64,000 bases of DNA, taken from positions 15,318 through 79,317 of IMG/VR virus record IMGVR_UViG_3300043694_000018. One strand, written 5' to 3'. Positions 19,472-29,087 of this stretch are shown piece by piece. The notes under the pieces were generated by a model. It saw only the letters and a program-made list of their open reading frames with translations, made no database searches and had not been told where the DNA came from. The position numbers and the translations under genes are program-made. Position 1 is the stretch's first letter. Each line of letters begins with the position of its first letter. The stretch comes from a virus. Lineage: Duplodnaviria > Caudoviricetes.

Positions 19472-20665
19472 ATGCTCACCCAGAAAATCCCCTTCAATCG
19501 CTCGCTGCCGCGCGCGATGTCGAACCGCTTCTCGAACCTTCAGCAGCTTTTGCAGAAGGGGCTGCCCGCGACCATCGTCAAGCTGGAGAAGAACGGCACC
19601 ATCGCCACCGTGAAGTTCGAGTTGGATAGCCAGTTCAACCTGCCACAGGTCAAGATGCCGGTGTACGGGCCGGAGTATGTGCGCTGGCCGCTGCAAGAGG
19701 GCTGCAAGGGCTACGTCGTGCCGTCCGATGTGAACATCGGCGCGATGAACGGACTGGGTGAAGGCGTGGCGACGCTGACGCCGCAGTTCAACCTGTCGTC
19801 GGGCGTGTTCTTCCCGATGGGCAACACCGAGTTCGATGACACCGACGATCCGAAGAAGGTCGTGCTGTACGGCCCGGACGGCGTGATCATTCGCAACGGC
19901 ACCAAGGACTCGGTGCTCGACATCGACAGCGAGCACTTCACCTTCTCGCTCAACGGCAACACCTTCATCACAGTCAACAAGGACGGCGTCACCATCGACT
20001 TCGCGCCGACCAGTGCCGACCCGCACACTGGCACCAGCGCAGTCACCGGGTCCACCACTGCCACGATCTACCTCAGCGCGACCGGCATGCTGTTGTCGTC
20101 GTTCAACCGTTCGATCAGCTTCACCCAGAGCGGACTCACCATCGCAGGCGATGGTCGCTCGATCAGCTTCAACTCGTCCGGCCTCACGATGAACGGCGAT
20201 GGTCATGCAATCGCGATCAACCCGACCGGCATCACGATGAGCCGCAGCGACGGCCAGTACATCCAGATACAGTCGGGCGGCACTTACATCCAAGGGCTAG
20301 GCGGCGCGACCTTCAATCTCCAGAACCAGTCGGTGAACATGGCCAATGGCACCGGCATCGGGCTCAACCTGAACACCAGCGGGCTCTCCGCTTCAACGCC
20401 GTGGGGCTCATCGATCAGCCTGCTCAACAATCAGGCGACCATCGGCTTCGGCGGCGGCGCGTATGTGCAGTGCCTGTCGAACCAGATCAACGCCATCAGT
20501 GCGGGGATCGCCCAGATGTCCGCGCCCAACGGCCAGAACATCTACATGGACCCCAGCCATGTCACTATCGGCAGCGGCAACACCACCATCGACAGCCGCC
20601 TGTTCCTCCAACACACGCACTACGGCGTGCAGACCGGCGGCAGCAATACCAACGTGGTGAACTGA
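19472..20665 (+). CDS. Baseplate central spike (Gp138-like N-terminus, beta-helix repeats)
   Basis: OB-like N-terminus, repeated short beta strands, C-terminal HTHYGVQTG metal-binding tip. Confidence 0.75.
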   Translation: MLTQKIPFNRSLPRAMSNRFSNLQQLLQKGLPATIVKLEKNGTIATVKFELDSQFNLPQVKMPVYGPEYVRWPLQEGCKGYVVPSDVNIGAMNGLGEGVATLTPQFNLSSGVFFPMGNTEFDDTDDPKKVVLYGPDGVIIRNGTKDSVLDIDSEHFTFSLNGNTFITVNKDGVTIDFAPTSADPHTGTSAVTGSTTATIYLSATGMLLSSFNRSISFTQSGLTIAGDGRSISFNSSGLTMNGDGHAIAINPTGITMSRSDGQYIQIQSGGTYIQGLGGATFNLQNQSVNMANGTGIGLNLNTSGLSASTPWGSSISLLNNQATIGFGGGAYVQCLSNQINAISAGIAQMSAPNGQNIYMDPSHVTIGSGNTTIDSRLFLQHTHYGVQTGGSNTNVVN

Positions 20666-21030
20666 TGCGCACCTACGGCCGGGTCTACACCTACGACGCG
20701 CTCGGCCAGCCGACTATCGGCCCGTGGCAGGTCGTCACCTCGGACAAGAACGGGCTGAACGACATGGTGATGCTGACGGCGCTGGCGCAGGTGCTGCGGC
20801 TCAATCAGGGCGAATCGCCGTTCTATTCCCAGTGGGGCATCCCGGCGCGCTCGGCGGTGATCACGCAGGTCTTCCCCGACTTCGCCGTCGCCTACACTCA
20901 GCAGGCGTTCGCGCCGCAGTTCGCCGCGCTGATGATCAACAAGCGTGCGGACCCGACACCGACCTACGACATCTTCATCACGACCAAGCTCGGTGTACAA
21001 CTGAACGTCAAGGTCCCCATCCCGACGTGA
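20665..21030 (+). CDS. Baseplate wedge subunit
   Basis: MRTYGR..L.LNQGESPFY..WGIP. Confidence 0.65.
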   Translation: MRTYGRVYTYDALGQPTIGPWQVVTSDKNGLNDMVMLTALAQVLRLNQGESPFYSQWGIPARSAVITQVFPDFAVAYTQQAFAPQFAALMINKRADPTPTYDIFITTKLGVQLNVKVPIPT

Positions 21031-21037
21031 GGCTCGC

Positions 21038-22735
21038 ATGGCTGACAACGATCTCCCCGTCGACATCGGCAACCTGCCTGTGGTCCTCGGGCCAGCCGGG
21101 CTCGCGCCGCAGTCGCCGTCCGCCCTGCTCAGCCAGCTTCTCGGGCTCGTCGCCAAGACCAACCCCGGCTACACCGCCAACCTGCCGGGCTCGCTGATCG
21201 AGGACATCTCCTCGACCGACGTGGCGGCGATGGTGCTGATCGACCAGATGCGCGTCGAGATGCTGAACAGCCTGACGCCGCGCGGCTGCAACGCCTTCGT
21301 GCTCAACCAGCTTGGCCAAATCTACGGCGTGCAGGTCGGGGCCTCGACCAACACCTCGGTCTACTGCGTGTTCTACGGCCTGCCCGGCTTCGTGATCGGC
21401 AAGGGCTTCGTCGTCACCGATGGCAACTACCAGTATCAGGTGGTCGACGGTGGCGTGGTCGGATCGTCCGGCCAAAGTCAGCCCTTGTTTTGTGTGGCCA
21501 CGCAGGCGGGCATCTGGGCGGTGCCAGCAGGCACTGTGACCAGCCTCGTGACCTCGGTGCCGCAGGGCTTCCCGCTCACCGTCGTCAACTCCGAGCCCGG
21601 CATCCCCGGCTCCGATGTCGAGAACATCACCAGCTATCGCGCGCGTGTGCTGATGGCCGGGCTGGCAGCGTCGCAGGGCATGGCGCGCTACCTCAAGACG
21701 CTGGTCGACAACGTGCCCGGCGTGCAGCCGCGTCTGGTCTCGGTGCAGCAACAGACCGGCGGCGGCTGGGCGGTGATCGTCGGCGGCGGCGATCCCTACG
21801 AGGTCGCCTACGCGATCTGGATGGCCCTGTTCGACATCAACAATCTCGTCGGCTCCACGCTGCACGTCGTCACGATCAGTCAAGCCAACCCGGCAGTCGT
21901 CACCACCGATCTCAACCACCTGTTCACGCCCGGCCAGCCGATCAGCATCCAAGGCGTGCTGCCCACGACCTACAACGGCACCAGCTTCGGCGTGCTGGGG
22001 CTGGTCGGCACCACCGGCAAGGTCTTCACGCTCGGCGTGCCGTTCGCGGCCAACGCCGTCCAGTCGCTGGCGTGGGCGACTGGCGTGGCGACGGCGACGA
22101 CGCTGACCAACCACGGCGTGACTGTGGGCTCGACCTTCACACTGGTCGGGCAGGTGCCGACCGGCTGGGCCGGGACCTACACCGCCGTCGCAGGCACCAC
22201 GGGCACGACGCTGAAGTGGAACCTCGCGGCCAACCCCGGCGCGGCGACCACGCTTGGCCAGCTTGCCGCCGGGATGGCGAACTTCGACAGCACCGGGCTC
22301 GCGGCCTACTCCACGGGCGGCGTCATCACGCCCAACCTGCGCAACCTCGTCGTCACGCTGACCGACTATCCCGACACCTTTCTCGTGCCGTTCATCATCC
22401 CGCCCCAGCAGACGCTCAGCATCGTGGTGACGTGGAACACGTCGAGCCCCAACTTCGTGTCGCCGGTCGCCATCGCCCAACTCGCGGGTCCGGCGCTGGT
22501 CGACTACATCAACAGCGTCGTCGTCGGCCAGCCGCTCAGCCAGTACACGATGGAGGACGTGTTCGCTGACGCCGTCGAGCCGATCCTGCCGCACGCGCTG
22601 ATCAGCCACATCGTGTTTCAGGTCTCGATCAACGGCGTCGGCACGGTGGTCTCGCCCGGCACCGGCTACTTCAAGGGTGATCCGCAGAGCTACTTCTTTG
22701 CCCGGCTCAGCGACATCACCTTCACGCAGGGCTGA
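21038..22735 (+). CDS. Baseplate J-like protein
   Basis: YTANLPGSLIEDI..; E.ITSYRARV; two inserted beta-domains. Confidence 0.75.
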   Translation: MADNDLPVDIGNLPVVLGPAGLAPQSPSALLSQLLGLVAKTNPGYTANLPGSLIEDISSTDVAAMVLIDQMRVEMLNSLTPRGCNAFVLNQLGQIYGVQVGASTNTSVYCVFYGLPGFVIGKGFVVTDGNYQYQVVDGGVVGSSGQSQPLFCVATQAGIWAVPAGTVTSLVTSVPQGFPLTVVNSEPGIPGSDVENITSYRARVLMAGLAASQGMARYLKTLVDNVPGVQPRLVSVQQQTGGGWAVIVGGGDPYEVAYAIWMALFDINNLVGSTLHVVTISQANPAVVTTDLNHLFTPGQPISIQGVLPTTYNGTSFGVLGLVGTTGKVFTLGVPFAANAVQSLAWATGVATATTLTNHGVTVGSTFTLVGQVPTGWAGTYTAVAGTTGTTLKWNLAANPGAATTLGQLAAGMANFDSTGLAAYSTGGVITPNLRNLVVTLTDYPDTFLVPFIIPPQQTLSIVVTWNTSSPNFVSPVAIAQLAGPALVDYINSVVVGQPLSQYTMEDVFADAVEPILPHALISHIVFQVSINGVGTVVSPGTGYFKGDPQSYFFARLSDITFTQG

Positions 22736-22737
22736 CC

Positions 22738-23832
22738 ATGACGCAGGTCCAACTCTGGCCGACTGCCGTCTCGCAGGTCCGCGTCGGTGGCCAGCCCATC
22801 ACGGCGATCTATGGTCCCTGCCTCGGCGGCATCATCACCAATCCCCGGACGAGCGGCGAGCAGGGCGTCCCGGCACTTGAGCCGCTGTACCTCAACCCGC
22901 TGGGTCCTGCGCTGGCGATTGCCTCGGGCAGCACCATCGCGCTGCAACCCGGCCAGAGCTACACGGTGCCGCTCAACTTCGGCGGCGACATCAGCGTGAC
23001 GGCGGCGACGGCGGGCCATCGCTTCTCGGGCGTGGTGTTCCAGCCGTCGACCGACTTCCACCGTTCGGACTTCTACGACGCGGGCTTCACCTTCCCGCCG
23101 CCCGGCCCGGTGACGCTCCAGCGCACGATCCCGTCGTACCTCTACCAGCAGTACACCGACGACGACGACTTGCAGGCCTTCGTCGCCGCCTACAACGCCA
23201 TGACGCAGAGCTACCTGTCATGGATGAGCAACATCAACCTCGCGGTCTACACCGGGGACCAGATCGGCGGCGACCTGCTCGACTGGGTGGCCGAAGGGCT
23301 CTACGGCATCACGCGCAACGCCCTATCTTTAGGGCATGGCAAGACAGTCGGCCCGCTCAACACGTATATGTTCAACACCCTGCCGCTCAACGTGCTGCGC
23401 AACATCCCGCCCAACGACTACTTCCTGACTGACGACGACACGTTTAAGCGCATCATGACGTGGCACATCTTCAAGGGCGACGGCAAGGTGTTCGACGTGC
23501 GCTGGCTCAAGCGCCGCGTCATGCGCTTCCTGACCGGGGTCGACGGCGGGCCGGGCGATACCGGCGTGCTCGGACCCGACGAGACCTACCCGGTGTCGGT
23601 GACGTTCGGCGCTGGCGGGGTCGTCAACATCAACCTGCAACCGCAGCGTCGTCGCTTCGTGTCGGGCGCGATCTTCAACGGCTTCGCCATGAACACGATG
23701 ACCTTCGCCCAGTTCAACAGCACGGTGCAACAGTTCCCGGTGTCGCCGAAGGCCCCGATCCTGAAGTCGGCCATCGAGGCGGGCGTGCTGGAGCTTCCTT
23801 TCCAGTTCCAGTTCACCGTGAACATCCTATGA
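22738..23832 (+). CDS. Baseplate wedge protein (DUF2612-like) with extra N-terminal domain
   Basis: IPSYLYQQYTDDDDLQAFV..LDWVAEGLYG..TDDDTFKRIMTW. Confidence 0.65.
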   Translation: MTQVQLWPTAVSQVRVGGQPITAIYGPCLGGIITNPRTSGEQGVPALEPLYLNPLGPALAIASGSTIALQPGQSYTVPLNFGGDISVTAATAGHRFSGVVFQPSTDFHRSDFYDAGFTFPPPGPVTLQRTIPSYLYQQYTDDDDLQAFVAAYNAMTQSYLSWMSNINLAVYTGDQIGGDLLDWVAEGLYGITRNALSLGHGKTVGPLNTYMFNTLPLNVLRNIPPNDYFLTDDDTFKRIMTWHIFKGDGKVFDVRWLKRRVMRFLTGVDGGPGDTGVLGPDETYPVSVTFGAGGVVNINLQPQRRRFVSGAIFNGFAMNTMTFAQFNSTVQQFPVSPKAPILKSAIEAGVLELPFQFQFTVNIL

Positions 23833-23842
23833 GGTCGAACCC

Positions 23843-25000
23843 ATGGCCCAAGTGATCTTCAAAAACAATGCGCAGACCACGTTGTCGGCCTCGATCTCAG
23901 CGACCGACACGACGATCCCTCTGCACGCGGGCGGCGGCATCCTGTTCCCCATTCCGAGCGCCGGGCAATACTTCGTCGGCACCATGATCGATGCCGCGAC
24001 CGGACTGCTCAATGAGATCGTGTGGTGTACCGCATTTGCGGGCACGGACCTGCTGACGGTGGTGCGCGGACAGGAAGGCACGTCGCCCAAGGGCTGGACC
24101 GCAGGCGACAGCTTCGCCGAACTGTGGACCGCTGGCCAAGCGGGCGCGATGCTCCAGAAGGGCGATCAGCAGAGCGGATCGACCAACTACGCGCAGGATG
24201 TCGGCACGCCCAACGCGATCCGCGCGGTGTTCAACCCGGCGATCACCACGCTGATCCCCGGCATGCCGCTCAACATCCTGATCGCCAACGCCAACACCGG
24301 ACCCACGACCCTTGATGTCGGCACAGGCGCGGGTGCGGTGCGCGACATCAAGGGTCAGCCGCTCAAGGGCGGCGAGCTTGCGGCGGGCACCATCGTCCAG
24401 TTCTTCTGGACCGGCGCGATCTTCGTGATGTCCTACGCGCTCGGTGCGGCGGCAGGCCTCAATGGTCAGGTCCAGTTCAACGACGCTGGTGTGTTCGGCG
24501 GGTCGTCCAACTTCATCTTCGACAAGGCCACGCCTGCCTTCAACATGGTCGGCACCTTCAACGTCACTGGCGCGGGGAACATCAACGCCAATAACAAGGT
24601 GCTCGCGACCTACCTTCAGGGCACCAGCACGATCTACGCGCCCAACATGGGCGACGCCAACTCGAACTGGACCGGCAAGCCCATCCCGGTCACGGGCGGC
24701 GGCACAGGCCTTGCCAGCATCCCCTTCTCGCCGGGCAGCAACGGCTACATCTACTTGCTCGGAGGCTTGGGCATGCAGTGGGGCCAGTACGCCTTCGGCG
24801 GCGACTCAGGCGGCTTCGTGCCCTTCAGTCGCGCCTTCTCGGGCGGTCCCTACGGCGTGTGGCTGACGCCGAACGACGGCTCGCTCGGCCTGCCGCAGTC
24901 GGAGTCGGTCGTCACGGCGGCGAACACCTCGGGCTTCAGCATGATCAACGGCTCCGACCGCAGCCGGAACTTCTTCTGGATGGCACTCGGCTACTACTGA
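23843..25000 (+). CDS. Tail fibre protein (gp53-like C-terminal domain)
   Basis: F.NNAQTTL baseplate anchor; NGYIYLLGGLGMQWG terminal domain. Confidence 0.7.
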   Translation: MAQVIFKNNAQTTLSASISATDTTIPLHAGGGILFPIPSAGQYFVGTMIDAATGLLNEIVWCTAFAGTDLLTVVRGQEGTSPKGWTAGDSFAELWTAGQAGAMLQKGDQQSGSTNYAQDVGTPNAIRAVFNPAITTLIPGMPLNILIANANTGPTTLDVGTGAGAVRDIKGQPLKGGELAAGTIVQFFWTGAIFVMSYALGAAAGLNGQVQFNDAGVFGGSSNFIFDKATPAFNMVGTFNVTGAGNINANNKVLATYLQGTSTIYAPNMGDANSNWTGKPIPVTGGGTGLASIPFSPGSNGYIYLLGGLGMQWGQYAFGGDSGGFVPFSRAFSGGPYGVWLTPNDGSLGLPQSESVVTAANTSGFSMINGSDRSRNFFWMALGYY

Positions 25001-25010
25001 GGAGCGCACC

Positions 25011-25325
25011 ATGGCAGTCAATCCCCAGCCCGGTACGAACTCGGTGGTGTCGACGGCGAACACGCCGGTCGAAGCCGTGCCCGCCAACCCGCAGGGCGGC
25101 GGCACGATCACCAACCCGCTGAGCGCCACCGATCAGGGGCTCGGCACCAACCCGGCCGAGCCGCTGTACATCGATCCGACCGGCCAGAATCCGGCGCTGG
25201 CAGCCTACGGCACCACCTTCGCGCTCGCGCCCGGCCAGACGTGGAACGTCATCCCCGGCCAGATGACGCGCACCATGGTCAACGCCGCGACAGGCGGCCA
25301 TCGCTTCAGCGTGATCTGGTGGTAG
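25011..25325 (+). CDS. Small virion protein, paralog of the N-terminus of 22738-23832
   Basis: Shared ITNP..EPLY..P.G..L.PGQ..GHRFS. Confidence 0.6.
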   Translation: MAVNPQPGTNSVVSTANTPVEAVPANPQGGGTITNPLSATDQGLGTNPAEPLYIDPTGQNPALAAYGTTFALAPGQTWNVIPGQMTRTMVNAATGGHRFSVIWW

Positions 25326-25328
25326 GCC

Positions 25329-28300
25329 ATGCCTGACGGCTCGAACCTCCCGCCCACCGCCGTCTACCTGAGCGGCACGCCCGGCGTGATGTCGGTGGCC
25401 GTGCCTATCGGCGCGGTCGGCCCCGGCCCGGTCCCGCCGCCGTGGCAGTACAGCGGCCCGACGATCTTCTACGATCAGGGCGGCGCGACCATGAAGCACG
25501 ATGTGCCGGGCGGCTCCAAAGGCCCCGGCACGCTGAACGCCACGGCGCTGTACGTGAACGGCGTCGCGGTCGGCACGACGACGCTCAGCGTTAGCCAAGG
25601 CACCGGCATCGTCTGCTCGCCGAACCCGATTGTCGGCGTCGGCACGATCTCCATCGACACCAACGTCGTCGTCACCAAGCCGAGCGGTGCGCTGACGACG
25701 GGCTCGGTGCTGTTCGCGGGCACCACGGGTGCAGTCGCTCAGGACAACGCGAACTTCTCGTGGGACGACACCAACAACATCCTGACGGTCAAGAATCAGG
25801 TCAACGTCAACAACCTGCTCCTGCAAGGCGACGGCACCAACGCCTACGTGCGCAACACCGTCTCGGCGAACTATCTCTACCTCGGCGCGGGCTCGACCAA
25901 TTCGCTGCTCGTCTCGACCACCGGGCTCTACTCGCCGACCGCCGGAGCCTCGAACGTCGGCAACGCCTCGAACTACTTCAACCAGATGTACGCCAACTCG
26001 TACATCGGCCGGGGCACAGGGACCGCGCAGTTCATCCTCGACACGCCCGCCGCGAACTCGCGCTGGGTCGAATGGCGCACCGCCGGGGTCGTGCGCTGGA
26101 CGATGGGCGTCAACAACGCCGCCGAAGGCGGCTCGAACGCGGGCTCCAACTTCTTCCTCAGCCGCTTCACCGATGCAGGTGGTCCGCTCGACACACCGAT
26201 CACCATCAATCGCGCGACCGGCCTGCTGACCAAGTTCGGGCCGGACGGCGCGAACTCGGTGCTGTTCGGCGGCACGGCGCGCGGCATCCGGTTCTACCAC
26301 ACGACGACCCTGTCCACGATTGAGGGCACCGACCAGACCGGCGGCGGTTCCTACCAGCCGCTGTACATCGGCGGCTCGCTGGTCAACCTCGGCGTCAACG
26401 GCAACACCTACTGGCAGGTTGCTGCGACCGGCAACCTGCTGGGCTTCACCGACAACACCAGCGACATCGGCACCATCTCGGCGGCCCGCCCGCGCAACAT
26501 CTACGCCGCTGGCAATATTGGCGCTGGGCTGGCATCGGCGATTCCGGCCACCGGCACGCAGGACCTCGGCCTGCTGTTCTCGTCCACGCCGCACTTCGGC
26601 GTCACCTTCGCAGGCGGCGCTCCCAACATCGTGATGGCCAAGGGCACCATCGCGTTGAACAGCGCAGGCAATGCCGCGCCCTACATCAACACGGACGGCA
26701 CCGCCACCGGCTGGGTCCAGTTGGCGATGTCGGTGGGCGCTGGCTACCTGACCGGCATCACGGCTGGCACCGGCATCAGCGTCTCCGGCGTCGCGCCGTC
26801 ACCGACCGTTGCGCTCAGCAACCAGATCACGGCGGCAGGCCCCATCGGGGGCGCGTCGACCGTCCCGGTCCTGACCTACAACGCACAGGGTCAACTGACG
26901 ACCGTCACGACGGCCACGATCACGGCGGCGGCTATCGGTGCTCAGCCTGCCGGGACCTACGTGACGAGCGTCGGCGCAGGCACCGGCATCACGATAGGCG
27001 GCACGGGCACTGCGCCGACCGTGGGCATCACCAACACGATCACGGCGGCAGGCCCCATCGGCGGCGCGGCCACGGTGCCGGTGCTGACCTACAATGCGCA
27101 GGGCCAACTCACGACGGTCACGACGGCAGCGATCACCGCCGCCGCCATCGGAGCCCAGCCCGCCGGGACCTACGTCACCTCGATCACGGCAGGCAACGGC
27201 ATCAGCGTCGGCGGCACCGGGGCCGTGCCGGTCATCAGCATGGCGAACTCGATCACCGCTGGCGGCCCCATCGGTGACGCGAGCCACGTCGCCCAGATCA
27301 CCTACAACGCGCAGGGCGTGCTGACGCTGGTCTCGTCAGTGCTGATCACCCCGGCCGCCATCGGGGCTCAGCCCAGCGGCACCTACGTCACCGGCATCGG
27401 AGCCGGGACTGGCATCAGCATCGGCGGCACCGCGACCGTGCCCACGGTCGGGCTGGCCAATACCGCCGTCACGGCGGGCTCCTACGGCTCGGGCGCGCTG
27501 GTCCCGACCTTCACGGTCGACGCACAGGGCCGCCTGACGGCGGCGGGCACCGCCACCAACACGCCCGCGATTGCCAACGTCACCGGGCTCGGCACGGGCA
27601 TCGCCACCTTCCTCGCCACGCCGAACAGCGCCAACCTTGCGGCGTGCGTGCCGGACGAGACCGGCTCCGGCGCGCTGGTGTTCGGCACTGCGCCTACGAT
27701 CTCGAACGCCAACCTCACCGGCTCGCCAACCATCGCGGGCTACGCCACGACGGCGGCGCTGGCTGGCTACCTGCCGCTCACGGGCGGCATCCTGTCGGGC
27801 ACGCTCCAGTTCAGCGCGGGCGACATCGGGCTCTCAGGATCGAACAGGCCTGCCAACGTCTACGTCGGCACGCAGGTTACGACGCCACGGGTCAACGGGC
27901 CTGCCTCCTCCGATCTCACGCTCAACGCGCCAGTCGGTCAGAACGTGCAGCTTGCGGTCAACGGTGTGAACGTCGTCACCGTCACCGCAGCGGGCCTCGC
28001 CAATACCGGCCCGGATCAGATTTTGGTCAACACCGCGATCCCGGCGGGCGGCAGCGTCGGCGCTGGCTACAAGTTCACCAGCACCGCCAACTTCGGCATC
28101 TTCCCCGGCTCGGGTGCGCCAACGCTCGTCGCGGCGCGTGGCTCGCTCTACCTGCGCAGCGATGCGCCCACCGCGCCGTACTACAACACGGACGGCACGG
28201 GCACGGGCTGGGTGCAGCTTGGCTCGGGCGGCGGCGCGTCGGTGTGGGTCGGCGACACACCGCCCGCTTCGCCCGCCGACAACACCCTCTGGTGGAAATC

Positions 28301-28874
28301 AGACAGTGGTCAACTGCTAATCTACTATAACGATTCCAACACTCGACAGTGGGTTCCTGCCGCGCCGTCGACCTCGCAGGGCCAGACCATTCCGCCGGGC
28401 ACTGGCGCAGACTTCTGGGGCGGCACCGCGCCAGCGGGCTGGTACTTGTGCGACGGCTCGCTCAAGAACCGCGTGACGGACGCCGCGCTGTTCGCCGCCA
28501 TCGGCACGACGTTCGGCGCGGGCGACGGCTCGACCACGTTCGCCTTGCCGGACTGTCGCGCGCGTGTGACGGCGATGGCGGATGGCGGCACGGGCCGCTT
28601 CACTGCCATCGCCACGCTGGGGCAGGCAGGCGGCGCGGAGTATCAGGGCCTGACCATCGCCAATCTGCCCGCGCACAATCACGGCGGCACGGGTGTCGGC
28701 CTCGTCGGCAACAACCTCACCAACGGCACCTCGCGCGCAGTGGGCACGGCTGACGGCACCAACTCCGGCTACTTCCAAGACATCCAATTGACCGGCGTGG
28801 GCAACACCGGCAGCGGCACCGGGCACTACAACGTGCAGCCCACCATCATCTGCAACAAGATCATCAAGAGGTGA
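25329..28874 (+). CDS. Long tail fibre with internal repeats and C-terminal tail collar domain
   Basis: 1181 aa G/T/A-rich; PPGTGADFWGGTAPAGWYLCDG..TTFALPD collar; QPTIICNKIIK end. Confidence 0.85.
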   Translation: MPDGSNLPPTAVYLSGTPGVMSVAVPIGAVGPGPVPPPWQYSGPTIFYDQGGATMKHDVPGGSKGPGTLNATALYVNGVAVGTTTLSVSQGTGIVCSPNPIVGVGTISIDTNVVVTKPSGALTTGSVLFAGTTGAVAQDNANFSWDDTNNILTVKNQVNVNNLLLQGDGTNAYVRNTVSANYLYLGAGSTNSLLVSTTGLYSPTAGASNVGNASNYFNQMYANSYIGRGTGTAQFILDTPAANSRWVEWRTAGVVRWTMGVNNAAEGGSNAGSNFFLSRFTDAGGPLDTPITINRATGLLTKFGPDGANSVLFGGTARGIRFYHTTTLSTIEGTDQTGGGSYQPLYIGGSLVNLGVNGNTYWQVAATGNLLGFTDNTSDIGTISAARPRNIYAAGNIGAGLASAIPATGTQDLGLLFSSTPHFGVTFAGGAPNIVMAKGTIALNSAGNAAPYINTDGTATGWVQLAMSVGAGYLTGITAGTGISVSGVAPSPTVALSNQITAAGPIGGASTVPVLTYNAQGQLTTVTTATITAAAIGAQPAGTYVTSVGAGTGITIGGTGTAPTVGITNTITAAGPIGGAATVPVLTYNAQGQLTTVTTAAITAAAIGAQPAGTYVTSITAGNGISVGGTGAVPVISMANSITAGGPIGDASHVAQITYNAQGVLTLVSSVLITPAAIGAQPSGTYVTGIGAGTGISIGGTATVPTVGLANTAVTAGSYGSGALVPTFTVDAQGRLTAAGTATNTPAIANVTGLGTGIATFLATPNSANLAACVPDETGSGALVFGTAPTISNANLTGSPTIAGYATTAALAGYLPLTGGILSGTLQFSAGDIGLSGSNRPANVYVGTQVTTPRVNGPASSDLTLNAPVGQNVQLAVNGVNVVTVTAAGLANTGPDQILVNTAIPAGGSVGAGYKFTSTANFGIFPGSGAPTLVAARGSLYLRSDAPTAPYYNTDGTGTGWVQLGSGGGASVWVGDTPPASPADNTLWWKSDSGQLLIYYNDSNTRQWVPAAPSTSQGQTIPPGTGADFWGGTAPAGWYLCDGSLKNRVTDAALFAAIGTTFGAGDGSTTFALPDCRARVTAMADGGTGRFTAIATLGQAGGAEYQGLTIANLPAHNHGGTGVGLVGNNLTNGTSRAVGTADGTNSGYFQDIQLTGVGNTGSGTGHYNVQPTIICNKIIKR
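26760..27550 (+). repeat. Degenerate 213-bp (71-aa) tandem repeat, about 3.5 units
   Basis: Anchor gatcac.gc at 26825, 27038 and 27251 (period 213). Confidence 0.85.
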
Positions 28875-29086
28875 GCATGATTACCTCCGCGACCTACAAG
28901 TGCGACCGCTGCGGCACCGAAGCCAAGTCGAGCGAAGGCGTCGCACCCCCGGCCGACTGGGCGATCATCAACGTGCAGGGCCTTGGCGTCTTTCGTGCGG
29001 TGAATCTCTGCACGACGTGCGCTGGCGATCTCATCGCGCTGATGGAGGCTAAGGGTGCCAAGTTCGACCTGACGCCGCCCGCCTGA
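28871..29086 (+). CDS. Small CxxC..CxxC zinc-finger protein
   Basis: YKCDRC..NLCTTC. Confidence 0.6.
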   Translation: MSMITSATYKCDRCGTEAKSSEGVAPPADWAIINVQGLGVFRAVNLCTTCAGDLIALMEAKGAKFDLTPPA

Positions 29087-29087
29087 C

